A program made the position numbers and the translations under genes. The notes beneath the pieces are model-generated. The model did no database searches. It had not been told where the DNA came from and saw only the letters and a list, made by a program, of their open reading frames with translations. From positions 1-43,991 of the forward strand of contig JBIILR010000001.1 in the NCBI GenBank assembly GCA_044338365.1: a DNA stretch of 43,991 nt. The letters run 5' to 3'. Origin of the DNA: Polynucleobacter sp. (GTDB lineage: Bacteria; Pseudomonadota; Gammaproteobacteria; Burkholderiales; Burkholderiaceae). Below, piece after piece: positions 1 through 8,336 of this stretch. The first letter of the stretch is position 1, and every line of letters starts with the position of its first letter.

Positions 1-97
1 GCTGCCCGATCCAAGTCCGGATGAGTTAGCCAAAAAGGCAGCGGAAGCTAGCAAGGCTAGCCCTGCTATTTCGGGCGGGGAAGTCTTAAAGCATTAA
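1..97 (+). CDS. lon: 3' end of upstream CDS, probably Lon protease (partial)
   Basis: Frame 2 reads LPDPSPDELAKKAAEASKASPAISGGEVLKH* (TAA 95-97). The ..EVLKH ending resembles Burkholderiales Lon C-termini, and lon typically precedes ppiD. Only 31 codons are visible. Confidence 0.55.
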   Translation, partial: LPDPSPDELAKKAAEASKASPAISGGEVLKH

Positions 98-196
98 TTG
101 GATCGATGGGGTGTACCCTTTGGACCTTATAGGTATGCTTATTCTAAAAAATGAGCGCCCATGCTGGACTAAGGGTACAATTTCGGTTGTTTTATG

Positions 197-272
197 GGGC
201 GCTTAGCTCAGTTGGTAGAGCGTCTGCCTTACACGCAGAATGTCGGCGGTTCGAGCCCGTCAGCGCCCACCA
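197..272 (+). tRNA. tRNA-Val (anticodon TAC)
   Basis: 76-nt cloverleaf: acceptor stem GGGCGCT/AGCGCCC, D arm AGCTCAGTTGGTAGAGC, anticodon stem TCTGC/GCAGA with loop CT-TAC-AC, T loop GGTTCGAGCCC, encoded CCA at 270-272. Confidence 0.97.
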
Positions 273-374
273 TGCCCTATTCGTGATCTCGATTGGATTT
301 CTAAGTATTTCGATTACTCACCACTCCCCGATATTTTTATAAACCCTGCGATCATTAATCGGTAAAGCCCATTC

Positions 375-1841
375 ATGTTTGATTCCGTTCGTAAACACCA
401 ACGCCTATTGCAGCTTATTCTGCTGCTCTTGATTATTCCTTCCTTTGTTTTGTTTGGTGTTTCAGGCTATACGGATTTCTTTGAACAAGAAACTGATTTA
501 ATTAAAGTCAATGGCAAGGCGATCACCTCGCAAGAAGTGGATAACTCGGCCAGGCGTCAGTCTCAGCGCGTTGGGGCCAATTCCCAAATTGCACAAAGTC
601 TGCCATTTCGCCAAGCGGTATTGGACGAGTTATTGCAGCAACGCCTCCTGGCTTTTGCAGTTAACACGCTGCAGTTGCGCATTAGCGATCAAGCGCTGAC
701 CAAAAACCTAGCGACTATTCCAGAAATCAAAGCCCTGTATAAGCCCGATGGCAGCTTCGATAATGCCCGCTACCGCCAGCTTTTAGCCAATGCTGAAATG
801 ACGATTGAGCAGTTTGAGGGCGGCCAGCGTTTTGACTTGATGATTCAGCAATTTGTTACCTCTGCAGCGCGTACCGAACTGCCTGCGCCAAAATTAGCCG
901 GTTTAATTTCCGCTCTGTATGAATCAGAGCGCCAAGTGCAGTCGATTCAATTTACGGCAGCTGAATTTGTGTCAAAAGCAAATCCCACCGAAGCCGAGCT
1001 ACAGGATTTTTATAAAGCCAATGCACGCTTATTTGAAACCCCCGAGCGCATTAATATTGAGTTTTTAGTATTGCGCGCCGATCCCAAGGAAGATGCGAAA
1101 GCCTTTGGTGAAAAAGCTGATCAGTTCACCAATCTGACCTACGATCAATCGGATAGCCTAAAACCTGCCGCAGAAAAGTTAAAGCTGAGCATTCAGTCGG
1201 TAACCGGGGTTTCTCGCGGCGGCAAAGCAGGGCTTCCTGCTGACCATCCTCTGAATAACCAAAAAGTCATACAGGCACTTTTTGGGGACGATGCATTAAA
1301 AAATAAACGCAATACCGAGGCAGTGCAAATTACCCCTGGCGTCTTTGTCTCAGCGCGCGTTACCCAGCTTCTTCCAGCGGAAATATTGCCCTACAGCGCG
1401 GTAGCCAGTGAAGTCAAACGCCAGGTTACGGTGCGCATTGCCGAAAAGCTCGCCAGCGCTGCTGCAGCCGAGCGCTTTATTGCTGCTGAGAAAAATCCAT
1501 CGAGCGCTGCTGGATTTAGCTCCCCCATTTGGGTCTCGCGTAATAAGCCTGCAAACTTAATTGGCGCTCCGCTGGATGCCGTGATGGTGGTAGACCCAAG
1601 TAAGTTACCTATGGTGATCTCGATTGCGAATCCCGGATCGGGCACGACCTTGTACCGAATCGATCAAGTACGTCAGCCTCCCGCAGCCGATGTCAAAGTG
1701 CGCCAAGCCCAATCCCAACAGATTCAGGCCCTTGCTGCACAGGCCGAGTTTGTTGGTTTTATGTCCTATTGGCGCAATGAGGCTAATGTAAAAGTGATCA
1801 ATCCACTAAAGCAAGCTAGCGCTGGTAGTTCGGGCGGTTAA
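375..1841 (+). CDS. ppiD: PpiD-like membrane-anchored periplasmic chaperone (SurA N-terminal domain), apparently lacking the parvulin domain
   Basis: 488 aa. N-terminus MFDSVRKHQRLLQLILLLLIIPSFVLFGVSGY and the motifs KVNGKAIT and G.FD..RY..LL are typical of PpiD. Position after lon/tRNA-Val fits. Confidence 0.85.
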   Translation: MFDSVRKHQRLLQLILLLLIIPSFVLFGVSGYTDFFEQETDLIKVNGKAITSQEVDNSARRQSQRVGANSQIAQSLPFRQAVLDELLQQRLLAFAVNTLQLRISDQALTKNLATIPEIKALYKPDGSFDNARYRQLLANAEMTIEQFEGGQRFDLMIQQFVTSAARTELPAPKLAGLISALYESERQVQSIQFTAAEFVSKANPTEAELQDFYKANARLFETPERINIEFLVLRADPKEDAKAFGEKADQFTNLTYDQSDSLKPAAEKLKLSIQSVTGVSRGGKAGLPADHPLNNQKVIQALFGDDALKNKRNTEAVQITPGVFVSARVTQLLPAEILPYSAVASEVKRQVTVRIAEKLASAAAAERFIAAEKNPSSAAGFSSPIWVSRNKPANLIGAPLDAVMVVDPSKLPMVISIANPGSGTTLYRIDQVRQPPAADVKVRQAQSQQIQALAAQAEFVGFMSYWRNEANVKVINPLKQASAGSSGG

Positions 1842-1848
1842 TTGAGGT

Positions 1849-2025
1849 ATGGAAGCGAACACCCCTCTTCCGAGGCCTTTTGCTAAAAACCCATTGCAAA
1901 AGGATTCACTCCATGAGGCTATTGCAGCCTCATTACTGCAGTTTGACAGACCAATGCTGTTGATCCGAGAGCAACCCAGTCAAGCCGAGCGTGCGCAAAT
2001 TGCAATTTTGGATTCCACCGATTGA
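1849..2025 (+). CDS. possible small hypothetical protein (58 aa)
   Basis: ATG at 1849 to TGA at 2023-2025 (MEANTPLPRPFAKNPLQKD...LDSTD) nearly fills the ppiD-tesA gap. No recognisable motif and the SD-like GAGGT abuts the ATG. Confidence 0.25.
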   Translation: MEANTPLPRPFAKNPLQKDSLHEAIAASLLQFDRPMLLIREQPSQAERAQIAILDSTD

Positions 2026-2045
2026 CGCATAAATTGCGAATCTGT

Positions 2046-2681
2046 TTACTTTTTTAGTAGCAATCCATAAAAGGGCGAGAGCGCATTCCAAACGTTCTGA
2101 AACAGAATGCTCTGCGCTGCCTCGTTCGGATGAATCCGGTCTGCCTGAAACAAGTCATTGCGCTGCGCGACGCCCTCCAGGAAAAATGGCAGTAGCGCCA
2201 CTTGCTGACTCTTTGCAATGCGGACAAACAGCTGGGCAAATTGCTGGGTATATTCCTGGCCATAGTTTGGCGGGATGCGCATACCAATTAGCAGCACCTC
2301 AGCCCCTGATTTTTTGCTGAGTTCCACCATGGTGCGCAGGTTCTTCTCTGTCTCGATTAGTGACAGTCCGCGCAGTGCATCGTTTGCCCCCAATTCGATA
2401 ATGACTAGCTTGGGTTTCTTCTGACTCAATAACTTGGGCAGGCGCGTTAGTCCTCCAGAAGTCGTTTCGCCGCTGATGCTGGCGTTCATGATTTCCCACG
2501 AACTGCCTTCCTGCTTTAGGCGGCTTGACAATAAGGCGACCCAGCCACTGCCGCGGGCAATGCCATACTCCGCCGACAGGCTGTCGCCTGTAACTAATAG
2601 GGTAGGTTTAGTAGGGACTTGTGCTTGGGCTGAGCCGATTAATGTCAGCCCGAGTAAGATGATGGCAATGCAAAATTTCAA
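2046..2681 (-). CDS. tesA: arylesterase / acyl-CoA thioesterase I (SGNH/GDSL hydrolase)
   Basis: GDSLS, NASISGETT, ELGAND and DRIHPN blocks. Signal peptide ending AQA. Start placed at TTG 2681 with AAGGA SD 7 nt upstream, rather than the ORF-track start at 2777. Confidence 0.9.
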   Translation of the reverse strand: MKFCIAIILLGLTLIGSAQAQVPTKPTLLVTGDSLSAEYGIARGSGWVALLSSRLKQEGSSWEIMNASISGETTSGGLTRLPKLLSQKKPKLVIIELGANDALRGLSLIETEKNLRTMVELSKKSGAEVLLIGMRIPPNYGQEYTQQFAQLFVRIAKSQQVALLPFFLEGVAQRNDLFQADRIHPNEAAQSILFQNVWNALSPFYGLLLKK

Positions 2682-2693
2682 GCGATATTCCTT

Positions 2694-3380
2694 ATGAGCA
2701 ATCAATCGGTCGTGCTGCATGCTCAGCAGCTGGGTAAGGCGGTCCAGACCAGCGATGGGCCGCTTACTATTTTGCATGACATTTCATTTAGCGTCTGCGC
2801 CGGAGAAAGCGTGGCGATTGTGGGCGCATCGGGCTCAGGAAAAAGTACCTTGCTCAGCATACTTGCTGGTCTTGATACGCCAAGCAGCGGCCTTATTGAG
2901 CTTGTCGGTGAAAATCTCGCCCAGTTAAGCGAAGACGGCCGGGCCCAACTCCGCGGCAAACACGTTGGTTTTGTATTTCAGTCGTTTCAGCTGATACCGC
3001 ACCTCAGCGCGCTCGAGAACGTGATGTTGCCCTTGGAGCTGCGGGGCGTATCGCTCAGCGATGCTCGGGAGCAAGCATGCTATTGGCTGGATAAAGTCGG
3101 CTTAAGCCCGCGGCTCAATCACTTTCAAAAAACCTTATCGGGCGGCGAGCAGCAGCGCGTTGCCTTGGCCCGGGCCTTTGTCGGTAAGCCTGCCATTTTA
3201 TTTGCGGATGAACCTACTGGTAGCCTCGATCAGGCCAGTGGCGCTAGGGTCATCGACCTCTTATTTGACCTAAACCAGGCCAATGGATCGACCCTGATTT
3301 TGGTCACGCACGATGCCGCTTTGGCGGGGCGCTGCGCTCGCCAACTAAACCTACAAGCCGGGGCCTTACTGGCCGAGTAA
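2694..3380 (+). CDS. ABC transporter ATP-binding protein (YbbA/LolD-like)
   Basis: Walker [10 protein letters not shown], signature LSGGEQQR, Walker [11 protein letters not shown]-loop VTHD. Divergent from tesA as in the E. coli tesA/ybbA pair. Confidence 0.9.
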   Translation: MSNQSVVLHAQQLGKAVQTSDGPLTILHDISFSVCAGESVAIVGASGSGKSTLLSILAGLDTPSSGLIELVGENLAQLSEDGRAQLRGKHVGFVFQSFQLIPHLSALENVMLPLELRGVSLSDAREQACYWLDKVGLSPRLNHFQKTLSGGEQQRVALARAFVGKPAILFADEPTGSLDQASGARVIDLLFDLNQANGSTLILVTHDAALAGRCARQLNLQAGALLAE

Positions 3381-3407
3381 AAATACGGGGTTTTGTAGTC
3401 CAAACCT

Positions 3408-3413
3408 TATAAT
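3408..3413 (+). promoter_or_regulatory. putative sigma70 -10 box for purL
   Basis: Perfect TATAAT ending 6 nt before the purL ATG. No clear -35 or SD. Confidence 0.4.
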
Positions 3414-3419
3414 TACGGC

Positions 3420-6400
3420 ATGTCTTTTTTCCGTTGTTTGCCTGGGGCCGATGCCCTCTCAGCCTTCCGCCAACAGCGGCTTTTGGCTTCGCTTGCAGAG
3501 CAGGGCATTTCCCTGACACGCATACAAGCGCAATACCTGCATTTCGTATGGTCCGATTCAGAATTAAGCGCTGCCCAGCTCGTGGTTTTAGAAGGGCTGC
3601 TAACGTATGGCGAACACTTCACCCTAGCAGAGCCAAAAGCAGGGTGGCTGGCGAGTCTCGGTAAATCCCCGCAAGCATCGCAGGCCATTGCCATTCCACG
3701 TTTTGGTACGGTCTCGCCATGGGCCAGTAAAGCAACCGATATTGCCCATCAATGCGGTCTGCCGTTACTGCGCATTGAGCGCGGCATTCAATACACTTGG
3801 GTTGCTCAAAGTAAGCTAAGTACACAACAGCAGCAAATGGTATTGGCCACCTTACATGATCGCATGACGGAGACCGTCGTTGATTCGATTGATGCGGTAG
3901 CGCCGCTCTACCAAACCCTAGCGGATCGTCCGCTACTGCGGATAGCGGTGATGGCTGAGGGTGAAGCTGCTTTAGAAAGGGCCAATTTGGAGTTGGGCCT
4001 TGCCCTCTCGGAAGACGAGATTACTTACCTTGCTGAGAACTTTAAACGCCTGGGCCGTGACCCCAGCGATGTTGAACTCATTATGTTTGCGCAAGCCAAT
4101 AGCGAACATTGCCGCCACAAAATCTTCAATGCCTCCTGGACCATTGATGGCAAAGAGCAGGATATTTCTTTATTTGGGATGATTCGCAATACCCATCGCC
4201 TGCAACCTAAAGGGACGATCGTGGCGTATTCCGATAACTCGGCCGTAATGGAGGGTTGCGAAGCACAAACCTGGGCCCCCCAAGGCGCTGATCAGCGCTA
4301 CCAAAAAGAGCAGCGGCTGACCCATACCTTAATGAAGGTGGAGACGCACAACCATCCCACAGCGATTGCTCCATTTCCTGGTGCGTCGACCGGTGCCGGT
4401 GGAGAAATCCGAGATGAGGGCGCAACGGGTATTGGCGGTAGACCCAAAGCCGGTCTCACCGGTTTTTCCGTTTCAAACCTAAACCTACCTGCAAGCAATT
4501 TACCGTGGGAGATGCCGCACTATGGCAAGCCCGACCGGATTGCTGCGCCACTGCAAATCATGATCGAAGCGCCGCTGGGCGGCGCTGCCTTTAATAACGA
4601 ATTCGGGCGCCCGATTCTAGGTGGGTATTTCCGCGTATTTGAACAAACCATCAATGGCATTCGCCACGGTTATCACAAGCCCATCATGATTGCCGGTGGC
4701 ATTGGCAATATTGATGCAATCCATACGGCTAAAAAAGAAATTAAAGCAGGGCACTTGCTGGTTCAGTTGGGCGGCCCTGGAATGCGTATCGGCATGGGCG
4801 GCGGCACTGCTAGCTCGATGGCAACGGGCAGCAATGCGGCTGATTTGGATTTCAATTCGGTGCAGCGTGGCAACCCGGAGATCGAACGCCGCGCGCAAGA
4901 AGTGATTAATGCGTGCCGCGCGATGGGCGAAGCCAATCCCATTATTTCCATTCACGATGTGGGTGCAGGCGGCTTATCCAATGCCTTTCCAGAGCTAGCC
5001 GATGGTGCTGGACTCGGGGCCGACTTTCAGCTGCGCAGCATTCTGCTGGAAGAGAGTGGCATGAGCCCCGCCGAGATTTGGTGCAACGAATCACAAGAGC
5101 GCTATGTCTTAGCCATCGATGTGACTAATTTAGATTTACTCACGCAACTGTGTGAGCGTGAGCGTTGTCCCATCTCCGTCGTGGGGCACGCTACGACCGA
5201 ACGTCAGCTACGCTTAAGCGACTCTAAGATAGATAGCACTTCGGATGCCGCGTTTCCAATTGATATGCCGATGGAAGTGTTGCTGGGCAAGCCGCCCAAA
5301 ATGCACCGTGATGTTACTCATGTTGAGCAGCAATTTGCTGAGCTTGATGTTAGCGACGCTAAGCTAGAAGAATGCATTGCCTGGGTATTACAGCAGCCGA
5401 CTGTAGCGAGTAAGTTATTTTTAATCACGATTGGTGACCGCACCGTTGGCGGCCTCAATGCGCGTGACCAGTTGATTGGCCCCTGGCAAGTTCCCGTTGC
5501 CGATTGCGCCGTGACACTGATGGATTATGTGGGTTACCGCGGTGAAGCCATGTCGATGGGTGAGCGCACCCCCATCGCCGTGATCGATGCGCCTGCAGCG
5601 GCGCGCATGGCAGTCGGTGAAGCCATCACCAATTTATTAGCAGCGGATATTAGTGGGCTTGATGCGGTGAAGTTATCGGCCAACTGGATGGCGGCCTGCG
5701 GTAAGCCAGGTGAAGATGCCAAACTCTTTGATTCGGTAAAGGCAGTCGGTATGGAGCTGTGTCCCGCACTTGGCATATCCATTCCGGTTGGTAAAGATTC
5801 TTTATCGATGGCCACGGAGTGGCGCGATGGGGATACTACTAAAAAAGTGATCTCACCCGTCTCCTTGGTCATCTCGGCATTTGCGCAGGTGACGGATGCA
5901 CGCAAAACCAGCACACCGCTTTTGCAACGGGAAGAGCATGGGCAGCCGCTGGATACCGAACTCATTCTGATTGACCTGGGCCGCAGTAAAAATCGCATGG
6001 CTGGCAGCATATTGGCGCAAGTGCTCAATCAATCTGGCAAAACCGCACCGGATCTCGATGATCCTAATGACCTCAAAGCTCTAGCGAGCGCCATCATTGC
6101 ATTGCGCGCTGCGGGTCAGCTCTTGGCTTACCATGACCGCTCGGACGGCGGGCTCTTAGCCACCATCGCTGAAATGGCCTTCGCATCCCACTGCGGTATT
6201 TCGATGAATGTGGACATGATTGCAGTCGACTTAAATCAAGAGCCCGATTATGGCGATGCCAAAAATTGGTCGCAGCAAGTATCGGGTCGTCGCCATGAGC
6301 AAACCATACGAGCACTCTTTAATGAAGAGCTCGGAGCCATCATTCAGGTTCGGCGCGCTGATCGGGATGCTGTATTTGCGGTATTGCGTCAGGTTGGTCT

Positions 6401-7457
6401 CAGTGCCTGCAGCCATGTGATTGGCAAACCCAATACGACGGGCCGCATTGAGATTTGGCGTGATGCGAAAAGTATTTATGCAGAGCCGCGTGAGGTCTTG
6501 CACAAGGTATGGCAAAGCACCAGCTGGCAAATTGCGCGCCTGCGTGACAACCCATCGTGCGCCGATAGTGAATATGGTTTACTGGATGACATCACCGATC
6601 CAGGCTTGATGCCGAAACTCACATTTGATGCGACAGAGGATGTTGCTGCTCCATTTATAAACAAAGGCGCTCGCCCCAAAATGGCGATTTTGCGCGAGCA
6701 GGGCGTGAACTCCCATGTTGAAATGGCCTATGCCATGGATTGGGCAGGCTTTGATGCCTACGATGTGCATATGTCGGATCTCATTGCCGGTAAGGCACAC
6801 TTAGAGAACTTCCGGGGTCTGGTTGCCTGTGGCGGTTTTAGTTACGGTGACGTGCTCGGTGCTGGTGAGGGCTGGGCTAAAACCATTTTGTTTAATGCGC
6901 AATTGCGCGATCAGTTTTCAAGCTTCTTTCATCGCTCGGACAGCTTTGCTTTGGGCGTATGCAATGGCTGCCAGATGATGAGCAACTTGGCTGGGATTAT
7001 TCCGGGCGCAGAGTCGTGGCCCAAGTTCACGCGCAACCAATCGGAGCAATACGAAGCGCGGCTCGTGATGGCAGAGGTTCTAAAATCGCCATCCATTCTG
7101 CTCTCAGGTATGGAAGGCAGTCATATTCCGATTGCCATTGCGCATGGCGAAGGCTTTGCCAACTTTGCTCAACAAGGCGATTTAGCGAAATTGCAAAGTG
7201 CAGGATTAACTGCTTTGCGTTTTGTCGATCACCGCGGCAATCCAACCGAGACCTACCCAATGAACCCCAATGGCTCGCCTGGCGGCTTAACTGGCGTAAC
7301 CACGGCTGATGGTCGCTTTACGGTGATGATGCCCCATCCCGAGCGTGTGTTCCGCACCGCGCAGATGAGCTGGTCACCAAGTGATTGGCTGCAAACCCTA
7401 GACGGGGCAAGCCCATGGATGCGCTTATTCCGTAATGCCCGCCGCTGGGTAGCGTAG
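3420..7457 (+). CDS. purL: phosphoribosylformylglycinamidine synthase (large-type PurL)
   Basis: 1345 aa. [33 protein letters not shown], glutaminase GVCNGCQ and MMPHPER motifs. Confidence 0.98.
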   Translation: MSFFRCLPGADALSAFRQQRLLASLAEQGISLTRIQAQYLHFVWSDSELSAAQLVVLEGLLTYGEHFTLAEPKAGWLASLGKSPQASQAIAIPRFGTVSPWASKATDIAHQCGLPLLRIERGIQYTWVAQSKLSTQQQQMVLATLHDRMTETVVDSIDAVAPLYQTLADRPLLRIAVMAEGEAALERANLELGLALSEDEITYLAENFKRLGRDPSDVELIMFAQANSEHCRHKIFNASWTIDGKEQDISLFGMIRNTHRLQPKGTIVAYSDNSAVMEGCEAQTWAPQGADQRYQKEQRLTHTLMKVETHNHPTAIAPFPGASTGAGGEIRDEGATGIGGRPKAGLTGFSVSNLNLPASNLPWEMPHYGKPDRIAAPLQIMIEAPLGGAAFNNEFGRPILGGYFRVFEQTINGIRHGYHKPIMIAGGIGNIDAIHTAKKEIKAGHLLVQLGGPGMRIGMGGGTASSMATGSNAADLDFNSVQRGNPEIERRAQEVINACRAMGEANPIISIHDVGAGGLSNAFPELADGAGLGADFQLRSILLEESGMSPAEIWCNESQERYVLAIDVTNLDLLTQLCERERCPISVVGHATTERQLRLSDSKIDSTSDAAFPIDMPMEVLLGKPPKMHRDVTHVEQQFAELDVSDAKLEECIAWVLQQPTVASKLFLITIGDRTVGGLNARDQLIGPWQVPVADCAVTLMDYVGYRGEAMSMGERTPIAVIDAPAAARMAVGEAITNLLAADISGLDAVKLSANWMAACGKPGEDAKLFDSVKAVGMELCPALGISIPVGKDSLSMATEWRDGDTTKKVISPVSLVISAFAQVTDARKTSTPLLQREEHGQPLDTELILIDLGRSKNRMAGSILAQVLNQSGKTAPDLDDPNDLKALASAIIALRAAGQLLAYHDRSDGGLLATIAEMAFASHCGISMNVDMIAVDLNQEPDYGDAKNWSQQVSGRRHEQTIRALFNEELGAIIQVRRADRDAVFAVLRQVGLSACSHVIGKPNTTGRIEIWRDAKSIYAEPREVLHKVWQSTSWQIARLRDNPSCADSEYGLLDDITDPGLMPKLTFDATEDVAAPFINKGARPKMAILREQGVNSHVEMAYAMDWAGFDAYDVHMSDLIAGKAHLENFRGLVACGGFSYGDVLGAGEGWAKTILFNAQLRDQFSSFFHRSDSFALGVCNGCQMMSNLAGIIPGAESWPKFTRNQSEQYEARLVMAEVLKSPSILLSGMEGSHIPIAIAHGEGFANFAQQGDLAKLQSAGLTALRFVDHRGNPTETYPMNPNGSPGGLTGVTTADGRFTVMMPHPERVFRTAQMSWSPSDWLQTLDGASPWMRLFRNARRWVA

Positions 7458-7464
7458 TGCAATC

Positions 7465-8226
7465 ATGTTGATGGAGCCAGTCACCTTTTCTGAATCGGGC
7501 GGCATTCGGTATTTGCATTTTGGTACGGAATTAATTCAAGGGGCGATGCGCATCCGCGACCCCAATCAAATCTACCTCGAATACAACCAGCAGATGATGG
7601 CTTGGCTTTTGTTCCTTGAGACCAAGCCCGGAATGCAGGTTGCTCAATTAGGTTTGGGTACTGGCGCGCTGACTAAATTTACGCACCTGCATTGCCCAGC
7701 CGTCAAAAACACCGTGGTAGAAATCAATCCTGCCGTGATCGTTGCTGCCCGCAGTATGTTTTATACCCCGAGTGACGATCGGCGTCTGCAAACTCTGCAA
7801 GTGGATGCGAAGGCCTTTGTGCAAAACCGAAAGTTTCATGAGCAGTTTGATGCCGTTCAGGTTGATTTATACGATGCCATTTGCGATGGCCCATCGGCAA
7901 GCTCGCTTGACTTCTATGCCGGCTGTTATGACCTACTAAAGTCGCCTGGCGTCCTAACGGTTAATTTATTTTCTCGGCATAAAAGCTTTGACATCAATCT
8001 GAATAATATCTGCGAAGCCTTTGACGACCGTGTCTTGCTATTTCCGGAATCACACGACTGCAATGTGGTGGCCATGGCATTTAAAGGGCCGCCCTTGAAG
8101 GCCCAGTGGGATGATATTGTTAAGCGTGCCAAGGTCATTGAGGCAAAAACCGGACTAGAAACTGCATCATGGGCTTCTGGCTTGCGGCATGCCAACGCCA
8201 GACAAGAAAATCACCTGGCAATTTAG
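7465..8226 (+). CDS. spermidine-synthase-like class I SAM-dependent methyltransferase
   Basis: 253 aa. RYLHFG..IQGAM, SAM-binding LGLGTGAL, VVEINPAVI, VDLYD. Confidence 0.75.
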   Translation: MLMEPVTFSESGGIRYLHFGTELIQGAMRIRDPNQIYLEYNQQMMAWLLFLETKPGMQVAQLGLGTGALTKFTHLHCPAVKNTVVEINPAVIVAARSMFYTPSDDRRLQTLQVDAKAFVQNRKFHEQFDAVQVDLYDAICDGPSASSLDFYAGCYDLLKSPGVLTVNLFSRHKSFDINLNNICEAFDDRVLLFPESHDCNVVAMAFKGPPLKAQWDDIVKRAKVIEAKTGLETASWASGLRHANARQENHLAI

Positions 8227-8289
8227 GGGGCACATCCCAAGCTAGCTAGGGTTTAGAATGGTGTGATGCACCATATTAGGGATTACGCT

Positions 8290-8330
8290 ATTCACTCTAG
8301 AGTGAATCAGCACCGATTAATGATTATAAT
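8290..8330 (+). promoter_or_regulatory. putative promoter/operator of the polysaccharide cluster
   Basis: Perfect 18-bp palindrome ATTCACTCTAGAGTGAAT (8290-8307) and TATAAT (8325-8330) ending 6 nt before GTG 8337. Confidence 0.4.
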
Positions 8331-8336
8331 ATTTAT

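Noticed and set aside
154-162. AGCGCCCAT resembling the tRNA 3' end (possible att duplication)
   Set aside because: Only ~8 bp, upstream of the tRNA, with no integrase or distant copy seen.
151-342. 63-aa ORF in the ORF track
   Set aside because: It spans the tRNA-Val gene and is a chance read-through.
2682-2777. N-terminal extension of tesA in the ORF track
   Set aside because: It overlaps the divergent ABC ATPase. TTG 2681 has a good SD and gives a normal signal peptide.
3413-7518. Many 60-160 aa alternative-frame and antisense ORFs within purL (likewise within acnB and gfcCD)
   Set aside because: Shadow ORFs of long conserved genes with no motifs or ribosome-binding sites noticed.
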